Under the pieces are notes generated by a model. The model was not told where the DNA came from and made no database searches. It was given only the letters and a program-made list of their open reading frames with translations. 64,000 nucleotides of DNA from an uncultured delta proteobacterium (GTDB lineage: Bacteria > Myxococcota_A > Polyangia > Polyangiales > Polyangiaceae), in assembly GCA_963696385.1 (NCBI GenBank), contig CAVOKF010000007.1:960001-1024000 (forward strand), read 5' to 3'. Of the stretch, positions 1-12,983 are shown piece by piece; within the stretch, counting starts at the first letter, position 1; every line of letters begins with the position of its first letter. The position numbers and the translations under genes were made by a program.

Positions 1-4268
<4,268 letters not shown>

Positions 4269-4470
4269 CGTAGGCGCAAGTATACGGGGGGGGACGCGGC
4301 GCGCCAGCATAAAAGATGCCAAAACAGGTCGTAACTCATCGATCTTGCCACGGAAATCCGTTGCGTACCCAAGGCGCCGGCGAGCGTCGCGCCGCCCGGC
4401 TGCCACCTTGCGGAGCGGATCTGAGGCTCGGTTGCGGGCCTTCGGCCCGCGCGCTAGCGGGCCGATCCCG

Positions 4471-5373
4471 ATGGCGAGGCCGAGGCCGACCCCCACCCCA
4501 GAGATCACCGTCATCGGTGCGCCGCGAACGCGACTGCGTGACGCCTACCACCAGTTCTTGCGCGTCGGCTGGGCGGCGGCGATCGCGGCCATCGTCGGCT
4601 CCTACCTGGCGCTCAACGGCGTATTCGCGCTCGCCTATCGCGCCACCGGTGGCGTGGCCGGCGCGCGCGCAGGGTCCTTCTTCGACGCATTCTGCTTCAG
4701 CGTTCAAACGATGGGCACCATCGGCTACGGGGCGATGTACCCGGCCAGCGCCGCGGCCAACGCCGTCATGATCGCCGAATCGGTGACGAGTCTGGTCGTG
4801 ACCGCCGTGGCGACGGGCCTCATCTTCGCGAAGTTCTCGCGGTCCGCGGCGCGCGTGGTGTTTTCGAAAAACGCAGTCATCGGACCCGTGAACGGTGTTC
4901 CCACGCTCTCGCTGCGCGTTGGCAACGAACGCGGAAACCTGATTCTCGAGGCGACCATCCGGCTCACGCTGACGCGCACCGAAAAAACCTCGGAAGGGGT
5001 CGTATTCTACAAGCTCTACGACCTTCGGTTGGTCCGCGAACGGAGCCCGCAAATGAGACGATCGTGGACCGTGATGCACCTCATCGACGCCGACAGCGCC
5101 CTGTTCGGCGAAACGCCCGAATCGATCGTCCGTGACGAGATCGAAATCATCGCGACTCTCGTCGGCACCGACGACACGTCGCTGCAACCGGTCCATGCGC
5201 GCAAGCAATACGAAGGAGCCGACATCCTTTGGGGAGCACGCCACGCCGACATTCTTTCGGAAAATAAGGATGGGGCGATCGTGCTCGACGTGCGCCGTTT
5301 CCATGACGTCGTGCCGACCCAGCCGGTCGATGGGTTTCCTTACCGATATACGGGCGGCGACGCGGACACGTAA
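4471..5373 (+). CDS. Inward-rectifier potassium channel (KirBac family)
   Basis: [18 protein letters not shown] selectivity filter, two TM helices and a Kir cytoplasmic domain ([21 protein letters not shown]). Start chosen at ATG 4471. Confidence 0.93.
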   Translation: MARPRPTPTPEITVIGAPRTRLRDAYHQFLRVGWAAAIAAIVGSYLALNGVFALAYRATGGVAGARAGSFFDAFCFSVQTMGTIGYGAMYPASAAANAVMIAESVTSLVVTAVATGLIFAKFSRSAARVVFSKNAVIGPVNGVPTLSLRVGNERGNLILEATIRLTLTRTEKTSEGVVFYKLYDLRLVRERSPQMRRSWTVMHLIDADSALFGETPESIVRDEIEIIATLVGTDDTSLQPVHARKQYEGADILWGARHADILSENKDGAIVLDVRRFHDVVPTQPVDGFPYRYTGGDADT

Positions 5374-5429
5374 CCGGCGAGACGTTGGCCCCGGTCGTGT
5401 CCCTGCGCTCGCGGACCGAGCTCGCTCGA

Positions 5430-8039
5430 TCAGCGGCCCAGCGCTTCCGAGCGGTTGACGATGTGCGGGGTGATGAAAATGACAAGCTCGCCGCGAGCGT
5501 CGTTCGCCTGGCGATGCTGAAAGAGAACGCCCAGGATCGGGATATCTCCGAAGAAAGGGACTTGATTGAGGTTGCGTCCCGTGTTGCGCGTGTAAATGCC
5601 TCCGATGACCGCGGTATGCCCGTCCATGACCAGGAGATCGGTTTCCGCTTCTCGCTTGAGAATCGTCGGAGCGCCATTGGCAGCCGTCTGGTTGAAGTCC
5701 GGCTCATCGCGTGTGAGCTTCACGTGCATCGAAACCGAGCCATCCGCGGTGACGTGCGGCTTGACCAGCAGCTGCAGCTTTGCCTCCTGGAACGTCGTCT
5801 GGACGCCGAGAGCGCTCACCTGAGAGTACGGAATGAGAGTGCCCTGGTTGATCCTCGCTTCCCGGTTGTCGAGCACCAGTACACGCGGGGCGCTGACGAT
5901 GCGCACGAGGCCACTCGATTCCGCCGCCGACAGTCGCAAGGCGAGGTTCAGCGTGTTGTCGATCGACCCGAACGCCAGCCCGAGTGCGCCGCCGGACCCT
6001 GCGCCGACCGCAGCGGGCAAGTTCACGGCGAAGTTGGGTGTTCCGACCGTGTTCGCGAACGGCGAGAGACCCGCCGTCGGCGTGTTGTTGTCAGAGGCGC
6101 CGCCCGCGGCCGTCACGGTGTTCGGAAATGCGATCCCGGTCGGATTGCCCGTTGCAGGGCTGAAGCTGACGTCACCGCCCCATTGAATGCCGATGTCGCG
6201 CGTGTAGTTGCTTGTTCCTTCCACGATGCGCGCCTCGACCAGCACCTCGGCGGTCGGCGTGTCGAGCGATCGAATGAGCTCCTCGATGTAGTTCAGGTTG
6301 GAGGCGATGTCGCGCGCGATGAGGACGTTGGTCCGCTCGTCGACCGCAAGCGCCCCCCGCGGCGACAAAAGATCCTTGGCTCGCGGCAGCATCTCGGCGG
6401 CGTGCGCGTAGCTGATGGGGATGAGGCGTGTCTCGAGGGGTGTGAGCTCGTATTCTTGCTTTTGAGCGGCGATGCGTAGCTCGCGCTCCTTCTGCAGCTC
6501 GGCGAGCGGCGCCACCCGGATCAGGTTGCCCTGCCGGACCATGCCGAGCCCCTTCGCCTGAAGCACGACGTCGAGGACCTGGTCCCACGGAACGTTGTGC
6601 ATGCGAATCGTGATCGTGCCGCTGACGTCGTCGGCCGTCACGACGTTGACGTGACCCGTATCGGCCAGGAGCCGGAGCACGTTGTGAATGTCGGCGTCCT
6701 TGAGATCGATGTCGATGCGCCGGCCGGTATACCGTTGCTGGCCGAGCACAGAATCGCCGCTCGATACGAACCCGGCGGCCCCACCGCCCGACGTCTCCAC
6801 GACCGGATCCTCATCGTGAATGGAGGTCTCGATGCGCGGCACGTCCGGCGGGGCGAGCTCGCGCGCCACGGTTACGACCTGGCGAACGACCCCGCCGTCC
6901 CTACCGACGGCGTCGAAGTGCAACTGCGCCAGGGGGGGCAGCGGCAGATTCGACTTGGGAACCGGAAACGACCAGACGAGTGAGCTCGGGTCCGACGACA
7001 GCGTGCCCGGCGTTTCGTCCGCGCGCTCAATGTCGAAAACGGCGGCGCCACTGGCCACGTCCTCGGACGCGGTGATGGACCGAACGGCGCCACGGTAGGC
7101 GCTCACGTCGAGCGTTCGGGCCAGCCGCGTGGGCAAGCGGGTCGCGTGCAGAGAAAGGTGCAGGCGACCTGTCGGTGTGGTCTCGAGCGAATACGGGGGG
7201 ACTTTCGCGAGCTCGATGACGAGCCGGTCGCAGCCGTATGGAGCGCATCCCGGCGTGTTCGACGGCGCGCGCTCGAAGCGAATGTCGCGAACGCCGTCGT
7301 TCGACGAGACCGCCGGCCGAGTCGATGCCGAAGAGGCGGACGCGCCCGCAGCCGGCGGCGGCGCTTCGCTCGTGCCGACGGTCGAAGGCGGCTTGAACGT
7401 GGGAACGGTGGGCACAGATGCGCCAGCGCGCCCGCTCGACGCCGCGTCTTTCGGCGCGAGCAGCACGTGGAGAGTTTGGCCGTCGGGCACCAGGCGATAG
7501 CTCGACTCTCTCTCCAGGCTCACCGTGAGACGGGTCATCGAGCCATCGCTCGTCGGGTACGCGGCCGTGAGGATACCGCCGACCACGCCCACTACCCCGG
7601 TGATTGCCGCGGGCGCGCCGGCGACGTCCGAATCGCTGAGATCGAGCAGCAAGCGGCGACCCCCGTCGGCGACGCGAGCGCTGTACGTGGGCGTGAGCGT
7701 ACCGACGATGTCGATTTGCGTTCCGCCCGGGACCGAGTCATCGGCTCGCACGCGGACGTCGCGCACGTGGTTGGCGTGGCCCGGCGCGGGCACCGACCCG
7801 GAGTCCGACGCCGACGCGCGCCCCATGCCCAGGAAAGCACACGATGCGATGGCAAGCATGGCCAGCCCCCGAGGTCGTCTCGCCCGGAAAACAGCGCACA
7901 CAAGCGACTTCGCCCCACGCATGTTGGCTCCTCGCGCCCCGGAGTGCGGTTGCACAGGGATCGCAGCAGCGACGGTACACCGGCTGATCGCACGCCAACC
8001 AGTTTCTGACGCGCTTACCCGCTCCTGCCGCCCGATCAT
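5430..8039 (-). CDS. pilQ: Type IV pilus secretin PilQ with long N-terminal AMIN-like region
   Basis: YTGRRIDIDLKDADIHNVLR, VPWDQVLD, VPFFGDIPILGVLF and ELVIFITPHIV motifs. ATGA overlap with pilP; the real start may be 7922. Confidence 0.96.
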   Translation of the reverse strand: MIGRQERVSASETGWRAISRCTVAAAIPVQPHSGARGANMRGAKSLVCAVFRARRPRGLAMLAIASCAFLGMGRASASDSGSVPAPGHANHVRDVRVRADDSVPGGTQIDIVGTLTPTYSARVADGGRRLLLDLSDSDVAGAPAAITGVVGVVGGILTAAYPTSDGSMTRLTVSLERESSYRLVPDGQTLHVLLAPKDAASSGRAGASVPTVPTFKPPSTVGTSEAPPPAAGASASSASTRPAVSSNDGVRDIRFERAPSNTPGCAPYGCDRLVIELAKVPPYSLETTPTGRLHLSLHATRLPTRLARTLDVSAYRGAVRSITASEDVASGAAVFDIERADETPGTLSSDPSSLVWSFPVPKSNLPLPPLAQLHFDAVGRDGGVVRQVVTVARELAPPDVPRIETSIHDEDPVVETSGGGAAGFVSSGDSVLGQQRYTGRRIDIDLKDADIHNVLRLLADTGHVNVVTADDVSGTITIRMHNVPWDQVLDVVLQAKGLGMVRQGNLIRVAPLAELQKERELRIAAQKQEYELTPLETRLIPISYAHAAEMLPRAKDLLSPRGALAVDERTNVLIARDIASNLNYIEELIRSLDTPTAEVLVEARIVEGTSNYTRDIGIQWGGDVSFSPATGNPTGIAFPNTVTAAGGASDNNTPTAGLSPFANTVGTPNFAVNLPAAVGAGSGGALGLAFGSIDNTLNLALRLSAAESSGLVRIVSAPRVLVLDNREARINQGTLIPYSQVSALGVQTTFQEAKLQLLVKPHVTADGSVSMHVKLTRDEPDFNQTAANGAPTILKREAETDLLVMDGHTAVIGGIYTRNTGRNLNQVPFFGDIPILGVLFQHRQANDARGELVIFITPHIVNRSEALGR

Positions 8040-8662
8040 CCCGGAACGAGCTCTGCGGGTTGCCGCTCGCTATCGGGATGAAGGGGAATGACGCGCGTCG
8101 CCGGGGGGATCTGGGGCTGTGCCGGGTCCTCGCGGATCAAAACGACGTCGCCGTCACGAATGCGGTCGACGCGCCAATTGAGTTGGTATTCCTGCCCGAG
8201 GCCCGCGCCGATCCGCACGGTCTCGGAGCGACAGATGAACGTCCCCTTGTAGACGACCGTTCCTTTGCCGCTTGGATCGATGAACATCGCGCGCGGCTGA
8301 TCGCTTCCGAGGACGATGGCGACCAATTTCAGCTCGTCGAGCGAGTACTGCGAGAGCTGGATCTTTCGCTGGTTTTGGACCTGCTTGGCCGCTGGCGTAT
8401 TCTGGATGAGATAGCTGCGGAACGGATCGCGATTGCGGTCGCTTTCGACGAAGTCGTTCTCCGTGAAGTCCGGTCCCTTGAGTTCCGGAGGTAGCCCCGA
8501 AGGCAGCACGCTGGCCATCGGAGATGCGCGGACGAGGGGGGGCGGCGGAGCCTTGTTCGCCGATCCACCGCACGCGTGCAGAACGAGAGGCAAGCCGGCC
8601 GCAAGCAACGCGACGGCCGCGGTCGATTGGCGCGGAGGACGTTCGCTCGGTCGGTGGATCAT
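8036..8662 (-). CDS. pilP: Type IV pilus assembly lipoprotein PilP
   Basis: Lipobox-like LHAC, RDPFRS and QYSLDELKLVAIV motifs. ATG 8662 overlaps the pilO stop. Confidence 0.88.
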   Translation of the reverse strand: MIHRPSERPPRQSTAAVALLAAGLPLVLHACGGSANKAPPPPLVRASPMASVLPSGLPPELKGPDFTENDFVESDRNRDPFRSYLIQNTPAAKQVQNQRKIQLSQYSLDELKLVAIVLGSDQPRAMFIDPSGKGTVVYKGTFICRSETVRIGAGLGQEYQLNWRVDRIRDGDVVLIREDPAQPQIPPATRVIPLHPDSERQPAELVPG

Positions 8663-9270
8663 TTCGGCCCCTGGGCGCCCCCCCGCGACGACGGCTTCGG
8701 AGCGGTCGCGTGGAATGCCGTTGCCAAACACCGAGCGTGCAACACGATCTCGTCGCCAACCAGTTTCGGATCGGTCATCTCGATGTTCTCCACATTGACG
8801 ATGCGCTCGATCTTGCTGAGCTCGAACGCGAACTTCGCGATTTGATGAAATTTCCCGGTGAGCTCGAGACGCATTGGAATTTTTGAATAGAAACTCTGCG
8901 GCACCTCGTCGGTCGGGGCGTATCCCTGAAGATCGATGCCGGCCGCGTTCGATGCCTGTTGGACGCTCGAGAGAAACGCATCCTCCTCGGCTTGGGGCGG
9001 TAACGCCCTATTCATGTCTCGAGCGTGCTGCTCCCGCAGCGCGAGCTCTCCGCGATCGGCGAAGTACGACGCTTCGGCTTGTTGCTCTTGGGCGAGCCCG
9101 TCTACGAGCGCCTTCTTCTGGCGCTCTGCGCCGGTGATTTTGCTCGCGGTGTCCGAATAAAACACGAACCAATAGCCGAACCATACGAGCGCCGAGAGCG
9201 ACGCTCCCAGGCCGATCTTGCCGGCGGTAGGGATCCTCGCGAAGAGGGACGTAGGTGCCGGGGCCGCCAT
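8659..9270 (-). CDS. pilO: Type IV pilus assembly protein PilO
   Basis: N-terminal TM, coiled coil, FYSKIPMRLELTGKFHQIAKF and ERIVNVENI motifs; position in the operon. Confidence 0.92.
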   Translation of the reverse strand: MAAPAPTSLFARIPTAGKIGLGASLSALVWFGYWFVFYSDTASKITGAERQKKALVDGLAQEQQAEASYFADRGELALREQHARDMNRALPPQAEEDAFLSSVQQASNAAGIDLQGYAPTDEVPQSFYSKIPMRLELTGKFHQIAKFAFELSKIERIVNVENIEMTDPKLVGDEIVLHARCLATAFHATAPKPSSRGGAQGPK

Positions 9271-9271
9271 T

Positions 9272-9922
9272 TCAGTACCTCACCCTCGCGCTCAATTGGA
9301 ATTGAAAGAGCTCTTGATGGCTCGTGGCCTCCGTGATCTTGCTGCCGGGCAATAGTTTTACATCTGCGAAAAAGTCGCTCAATTTCAAGCGCCGCTCGAG
9401 CTCGCTCACGTCTTCGCCGTCGCGCGCAAGACCGCCCATCCGCACGACGCGATCCGCCTCGGCATACGAGGTGAGCCAGAGTCGGCGCGGGTCCCAGTTC
9501 GGGTTGTAGGCCTCGGCCGGATCATCGCGTCTGAGCTGCTCGAGTTTCGCCGAATCCCCGGTCGGAACGCGGCCCGGCGTGAGCAGGTGGGCGAGTTCGA
9601 GAAGCGTCGAGGTCGGCCCGGTTCGCGCCGCCTGCAGCTTCTGGATCGCCTCCTCGCGATCGCGCAGGTCCTTGAGCCGCGCTTTGATCTCGTCGTGATC
9701 GGCAATCTGACGCTTGATCGAGTCAATCTGCCCTTGAATGCGGCCGTTGTCGGCGAGAATCGCCGCCAGCTCGTCTTGCTTTATCTTCTGCACGAAAAGG
9801 CACAGGATGAGCGTCCCCACCGCCGCACCGAACACGGCAATCAGCCAGCCCTGCGACGGCTCGGCACCGGCCGGACGACGGCCCGCCTGCTTTCGCTCCG
9901 GTAAAAGATTTACGCGGACCAT
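9272..9922 (-). CDS. pilN: Type IV pilus assembly protein PilN
   Basis: MVRVNLLP (INLLP-type PilM-binding motif), then a TM, coiled coil and RLWLTS. Confidence 0.92.
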   Translation of the reverse strand: MVRVNLLPERKQAGRRPAGAEPSQGWLIAVFGAAVGTLILCLFVQKIKQDELAAILADNGRIQGQIDSIKRQIADHDEIKARLKDLRDREEAIQKLQAARTGPTSTLLELAHLLTPGRVPTGDSAKLEQLRRDDPAEAYNPNWDPRRLWLTSYAEADRVVRMGGLARDGEDVSELERRLKLSDFFADVKLLPGSKITEATSHQELFQFQLSARVRY

Positions 9923-10974
9923 TGCCGGCGCTCCTTGTCGCAACGCAGCGAAAGCCCGAGCGCCACGACCATCTGCGCGGCGATCGCGCGCAGCCTTGGC
10001 TCGTTGGGCAGCTTTGGGTCGACTTCCATGTTGCCCATCGGATCGAAGAGCTGCACCGGCACGCGGGCGCGGCGCTCGATCGCCTGAACGAGCGGCGCCA
10101 GATACGCGCTACCCCCGGAAAGGTAGATCTTGCCAATCTCTTGTTCACCGCTCGTCGCCAAGTAGAAATCGAAGGAACGCTGAATTTCACCCGCAAGCCC
10201 TTGGCACGCCTGATGGATGATCTGCGTCACCTCCTGAGGCACGATCTGTGTCGCGCCACCGCCGTGCTTGTAGGCTTCCGCCTGCTCGTACGAGCACGAC
10301 AAGGACTTCCGAATTTCCTCGGTGATGGTGTTGCCGGCGTTGGTGATCTCGCGCGTGAACGCGCTCACACCCTTGGACACGATATTGAGCGACGAAACCG
10401 CGGCGCCGACGTTCAGAAGAGCGATCGTGGCGTCTTGCGGCAGGCCGTTCTGGTACTCGAAGATGTTCTGAATGGTGAAGGCGTTGATGTCGACGACGGC
10501 CGGCCGGAGCTTCGCGGCGCGCAAGATCGAAGCGTAGTCGTTGATCTCGTCCTTTTTTGCGGCCACAAGCAGCAAATCCATCTGGCCAGCCTCCGGCCTG
10601 CGCCGCAACACTTCGTAGTCGATGGACATCAGCTTGATGTCGAACGGGATGTGCTGTTCGGCCTCCCAATGGATCTGCTCGTCCAGTTCGGACTGGGTCA
10701 TGATCGGCACGGTGATCTTGCGCACGATGACGCTCTGGCCGTAGACGCCGATGGCGACATCGCGCTGTTGGATCTTGCCGTCTTGGAAGACGCGCGACAG
10801 TGTCTCGGTGACGGCCCCCGCGTTCATGACGTGACCATCGACGATGGTCTGCGGCGGCAGCTGCGCCAAACCCCACCGGAAGACCTGCAGCTTTTTTCGC
10901 GATTCGCGGAGCAATACTACCTTGATCGAACTCGCGCCGATATCGACGCCGACCAGGTTCTTGCCTTCGGCCAT
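9910..10974 (-). CDS. pilM: Type IV pilus assembly actin-like ATPase PilM
   Basis: VGVDIGASSIK, EAEQHIPF and YLSGGSA motifs; start MAEGKNLVG at 10974. Confidence 0.96.
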   Translation of the reverse strand: MAEGKNLVGVDIGASSIKVVLLRESRKKLQVFRWGLAQLPPQTIVDGHVMNAGAVTETLSRVFQDGKIQQRDVAIGVYGQSVIVRKITVPIMTQSELDEQIHWEAEQHIPFDIKLMSIDYEVLRRRPEAGQMDLLLVAAKKDEINDYASILRAAKLRPAVVDINAFTIQNIFEYQNGLPQDATIALLNVGAAVSSLNIVSKGVSAFTREITNAGNTITEEIRKSLSCSYEQAEAYKHGGGATQIVPQEVTQIIHQACQGLAGEIQRSFDFYLATSGEQEIGKIYLSGGSAYLAPLVQAIERRARVPVQLFDPMGNMEVDPKLPNEPRLRAIAAQMVVALGLSLRCDKERRQWSA

Positions 10975-11019
10975 GAGGACTCGCCTTGCATACGAGCGGC
11001 TCTCGGTCGCTCCCCCCAG

Positions 11020-11049
11020 AGTGTGGCACCCCGCAAAGGACCGCGTCAA
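11020..11049 (-). promoter_or_regulatory. Putative sigma70-type promoter for pilMNOPQ
   Basis: Minus strand TTGACG-N18-CACACT, about 45 nt upstream of the pilM ATG. Confidence 0.45.
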
Positions 11050-11170
11050 AAAAGGCGGGCGCGCCACGGCGGGGAGCGCGCCTCCACCGGTTGGTAGAAC
11101 CGCTCGGCTGCAGGCAGACATGGCACGCTGGCGACGACTGCTTCCGAGGTGTAGGGATTGTGGGCCTGCC

Positions 11171-12121
11171 ATGCGCATCGTCGACTTCGCGGTTGGACTC
11201 ACTCTGATGGGAGCAGCATCGCCCGCATCCGCCGACATCACGCACGTGGTCCAGCACGGACACACGCTGGAGGCCATTGCCCACCGCTATCACGTCCGCC
11301 AGCAGTCCATCCTGGAGGCGAATCATCTTAAGGATGGCCAGCACCTCAAGCCGGGACAGACGCTGATTATCCCGGGCGTCCCGCCACCGGCGAAGGCGGA
11401 TACGAGCGGTGACCGATCGGGATCGGGCAGCGGCGGCCGCCGACACGCGGCATCCGAGCATCGCGAGATTGCAGCAGTCAATCCGGTTCAGAAGCCCCGC
11501 GGTCGCGGCGCGCACGGGATCATCGAAATGGTCCGCATGGGGGAAGAGGCGCACGTGCGCGTGAAGGATGGGGCCGGGCACGTTCCCTCCGCGGCGATCG
11601 ATGTCTTCGAACACATGATGCGGCAGGGAGAGGCGACCCACCCGCCGGATCCGCGCTTGGTGGCCCTCATAGGGCTCGTCTCGGAGCACTTCGGAGGCAA
11701 ACCCATCCAGATCGTCAGCGGCTATCGAGCCTATTCGCCCACGCAGTACGCGCCGCACTCGAATCACAACTACGGGAAAGCGCTCGATTTTCGGATGGAC
11801 GAAACGGACAATAAATCGATCTACGACTTTTGCGTGACGCTACGAAATACCGGCTGCGGGTACTATCCGAACAGCACATTCGTCCATATGGACGTGCGCG
11901 ACGCGAAGGCTCGGTGGATCGATCGTTCACGTCCAGGCGAGCCGCCGCTGTATGACAAGGCCGGTGCGGCAGCGGCGGATGAAGGCCGAAGCGAGGTACC
12001 GGAGGACAAGGGTCCCCCGACACGCTCGCCGAAAGACGAGTTCGACGAGAGTTCCGCGGGGGATGGGTCATCGGCACCTCACCCCCATGTACCCCCCTTC
12101 GATAGCGATTTCTCGCTCTGA
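11171..12121 (+). CDS. Secreted LysM + DUF882/peptidase M15 (YcbK/MepK-like) peptidoglycan endopeptidase
   Basis: Signal peptide, LysM (HVVQHGHTLEAIAHRY...LKPGQTLIIP), and M15 Zn motifs IVSGYR, SNHNYGKALD, GYYPNSTFVHMDVR. Confidence 0.88.
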   Translation: MRIVDFAVGLTLMGAASPASADITHVVQHGHTLEAIAHRYHVRQQSILEANHLKDGQHLKPGQTLIIPGVPPPAKADTSGDRSGSGSGGRRHAASEHREIAAVNPVQKPRGRGAHGIIEMVRMGEEAHVRVKDGAGHVPSAAIDVFEHMMRQGEATHPPDPRLVALIGLVSEHFGGKPIQIVSGYRAYSPTQYAPHSNHNYGKALDFRMDETDNKSIYDFCVTLRNTGCGYYPNSTFVHMDVRDAKARWIDRSRPGEPPLYDKAGAAAADEGRSEVPEDKGPPTRSPKDEFDESSAGDGSSAPHPHVPPFDSDFSL

Positions 12122-12291
12122 CGGTCTTTGAGGTTGAGCTCGACCCACGGGTGGGTCGATCATGACTTAAGGGCGATCCACGCGAAACCATTCGAATCCA
12201 CGAGATGGCCTCACGTAGGCGAGGGTCATTCATAACCCGGGGTATCGGCGGATCTGCGGCTAACCCATTGAAATGATTGTTGGGGGTCAAT

Positions 12292-12307
12292 TGGCACGAA
12301 GCACGCA
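12292..12307 (+). promoter_or_regulatory. Putative sigma54 (-24/-12) promoter
   Basis: TGGCACG-AAGC-ACGCA with GG (12293-94) and GC (12305-06) at canonical spacing. IHF-like TAACCCATTGAAA at 12261-12273. Confidence 0.62.
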
Positions 12308-12339
12308 GCAGAGGTGGCAAGGAGACGGGGAGCCACCGG

Positions 12340-12978
12340 ATGAAATCCTGCGCCAGCAAGAGCACTGCCATCGCGACCACGCCGACGCGCGAGGAGCTCG
12401 CAACGTACATGTATCTTGTCCACCAAGTGGTCTCGCGGGTTCTCCGCAAATTGCCGCCGAACGTCCTGCGCGAGGACCTCATGGCCGCCGGCACATTCGG
12501 CCTCGTCGACGCGCTGAGAAAGAGCGCAGACCACGGACCGACGTTCGACTGGTACGCGCGCATTCGTATCCGTGGCGCGGTCGTCGATGAACTGCGCGCA
12601 CAGGATTGGCTCACACGACGCGCGCGAACGCGTGTGACCCGGGCGCAAGCACTCGGCGAAGCCGGGGCAATGGCCGTGGTCGGCTTCGATGACCTACCGG
12701 AGTCCCAAGCCCAGGGTCTGGCCGACGAGACGGCTGCCACTCCGCAAGAGCAAGTCGAACGGCGAATGGACCGCCTGGCGCTCGAAAGTGCGGTGGCACT
12801 TTTGCCCGAGCGCGAGGCCAATATCGTCGGTTGGCACTATTTCGATGGCATTCCGTTCAAGACGATTGCGGCACGGCTGGGCGTGAGCGAGCCACGGATC
12901 TCACAGCTGCACGCGCGCGCAATGGGTCGGCTGCGCACTACGCTGAGCGAGCACGATCGCGCAGCCGCGGCGGCCTGA
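12340..12978 (+). CDS. RNA polymerase sigma factor, FliA/WhiG (sigma28) family
   Basis: REDLMAAGTFGLVDA, YARIRIRGAVVDELRAQDW and LGVSEPRISQLHARA motifs; GGGGAG RBS. Region 3 appears shortened. Confidence 0.9.
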   Translation: MKSCASKSTAIATTPTREELATYMYLVHQVVSRVLRKLPPNVLREDLMAAGTFGLVDALRKSADHGPTFDWYARIRIRGAVVDELRAQDWLTRRARTRVTRAQALGEAGAMAVVGFDDLPESQAQGLADETAATPQEQVERRMDRLALESAVALLPEREANIVGWHYFDGIPFKTIAARLGVSEPRISQLHARAMGRLRTTLSEHDRAAAAA

Positions 12979-12983
12979 AGGGA

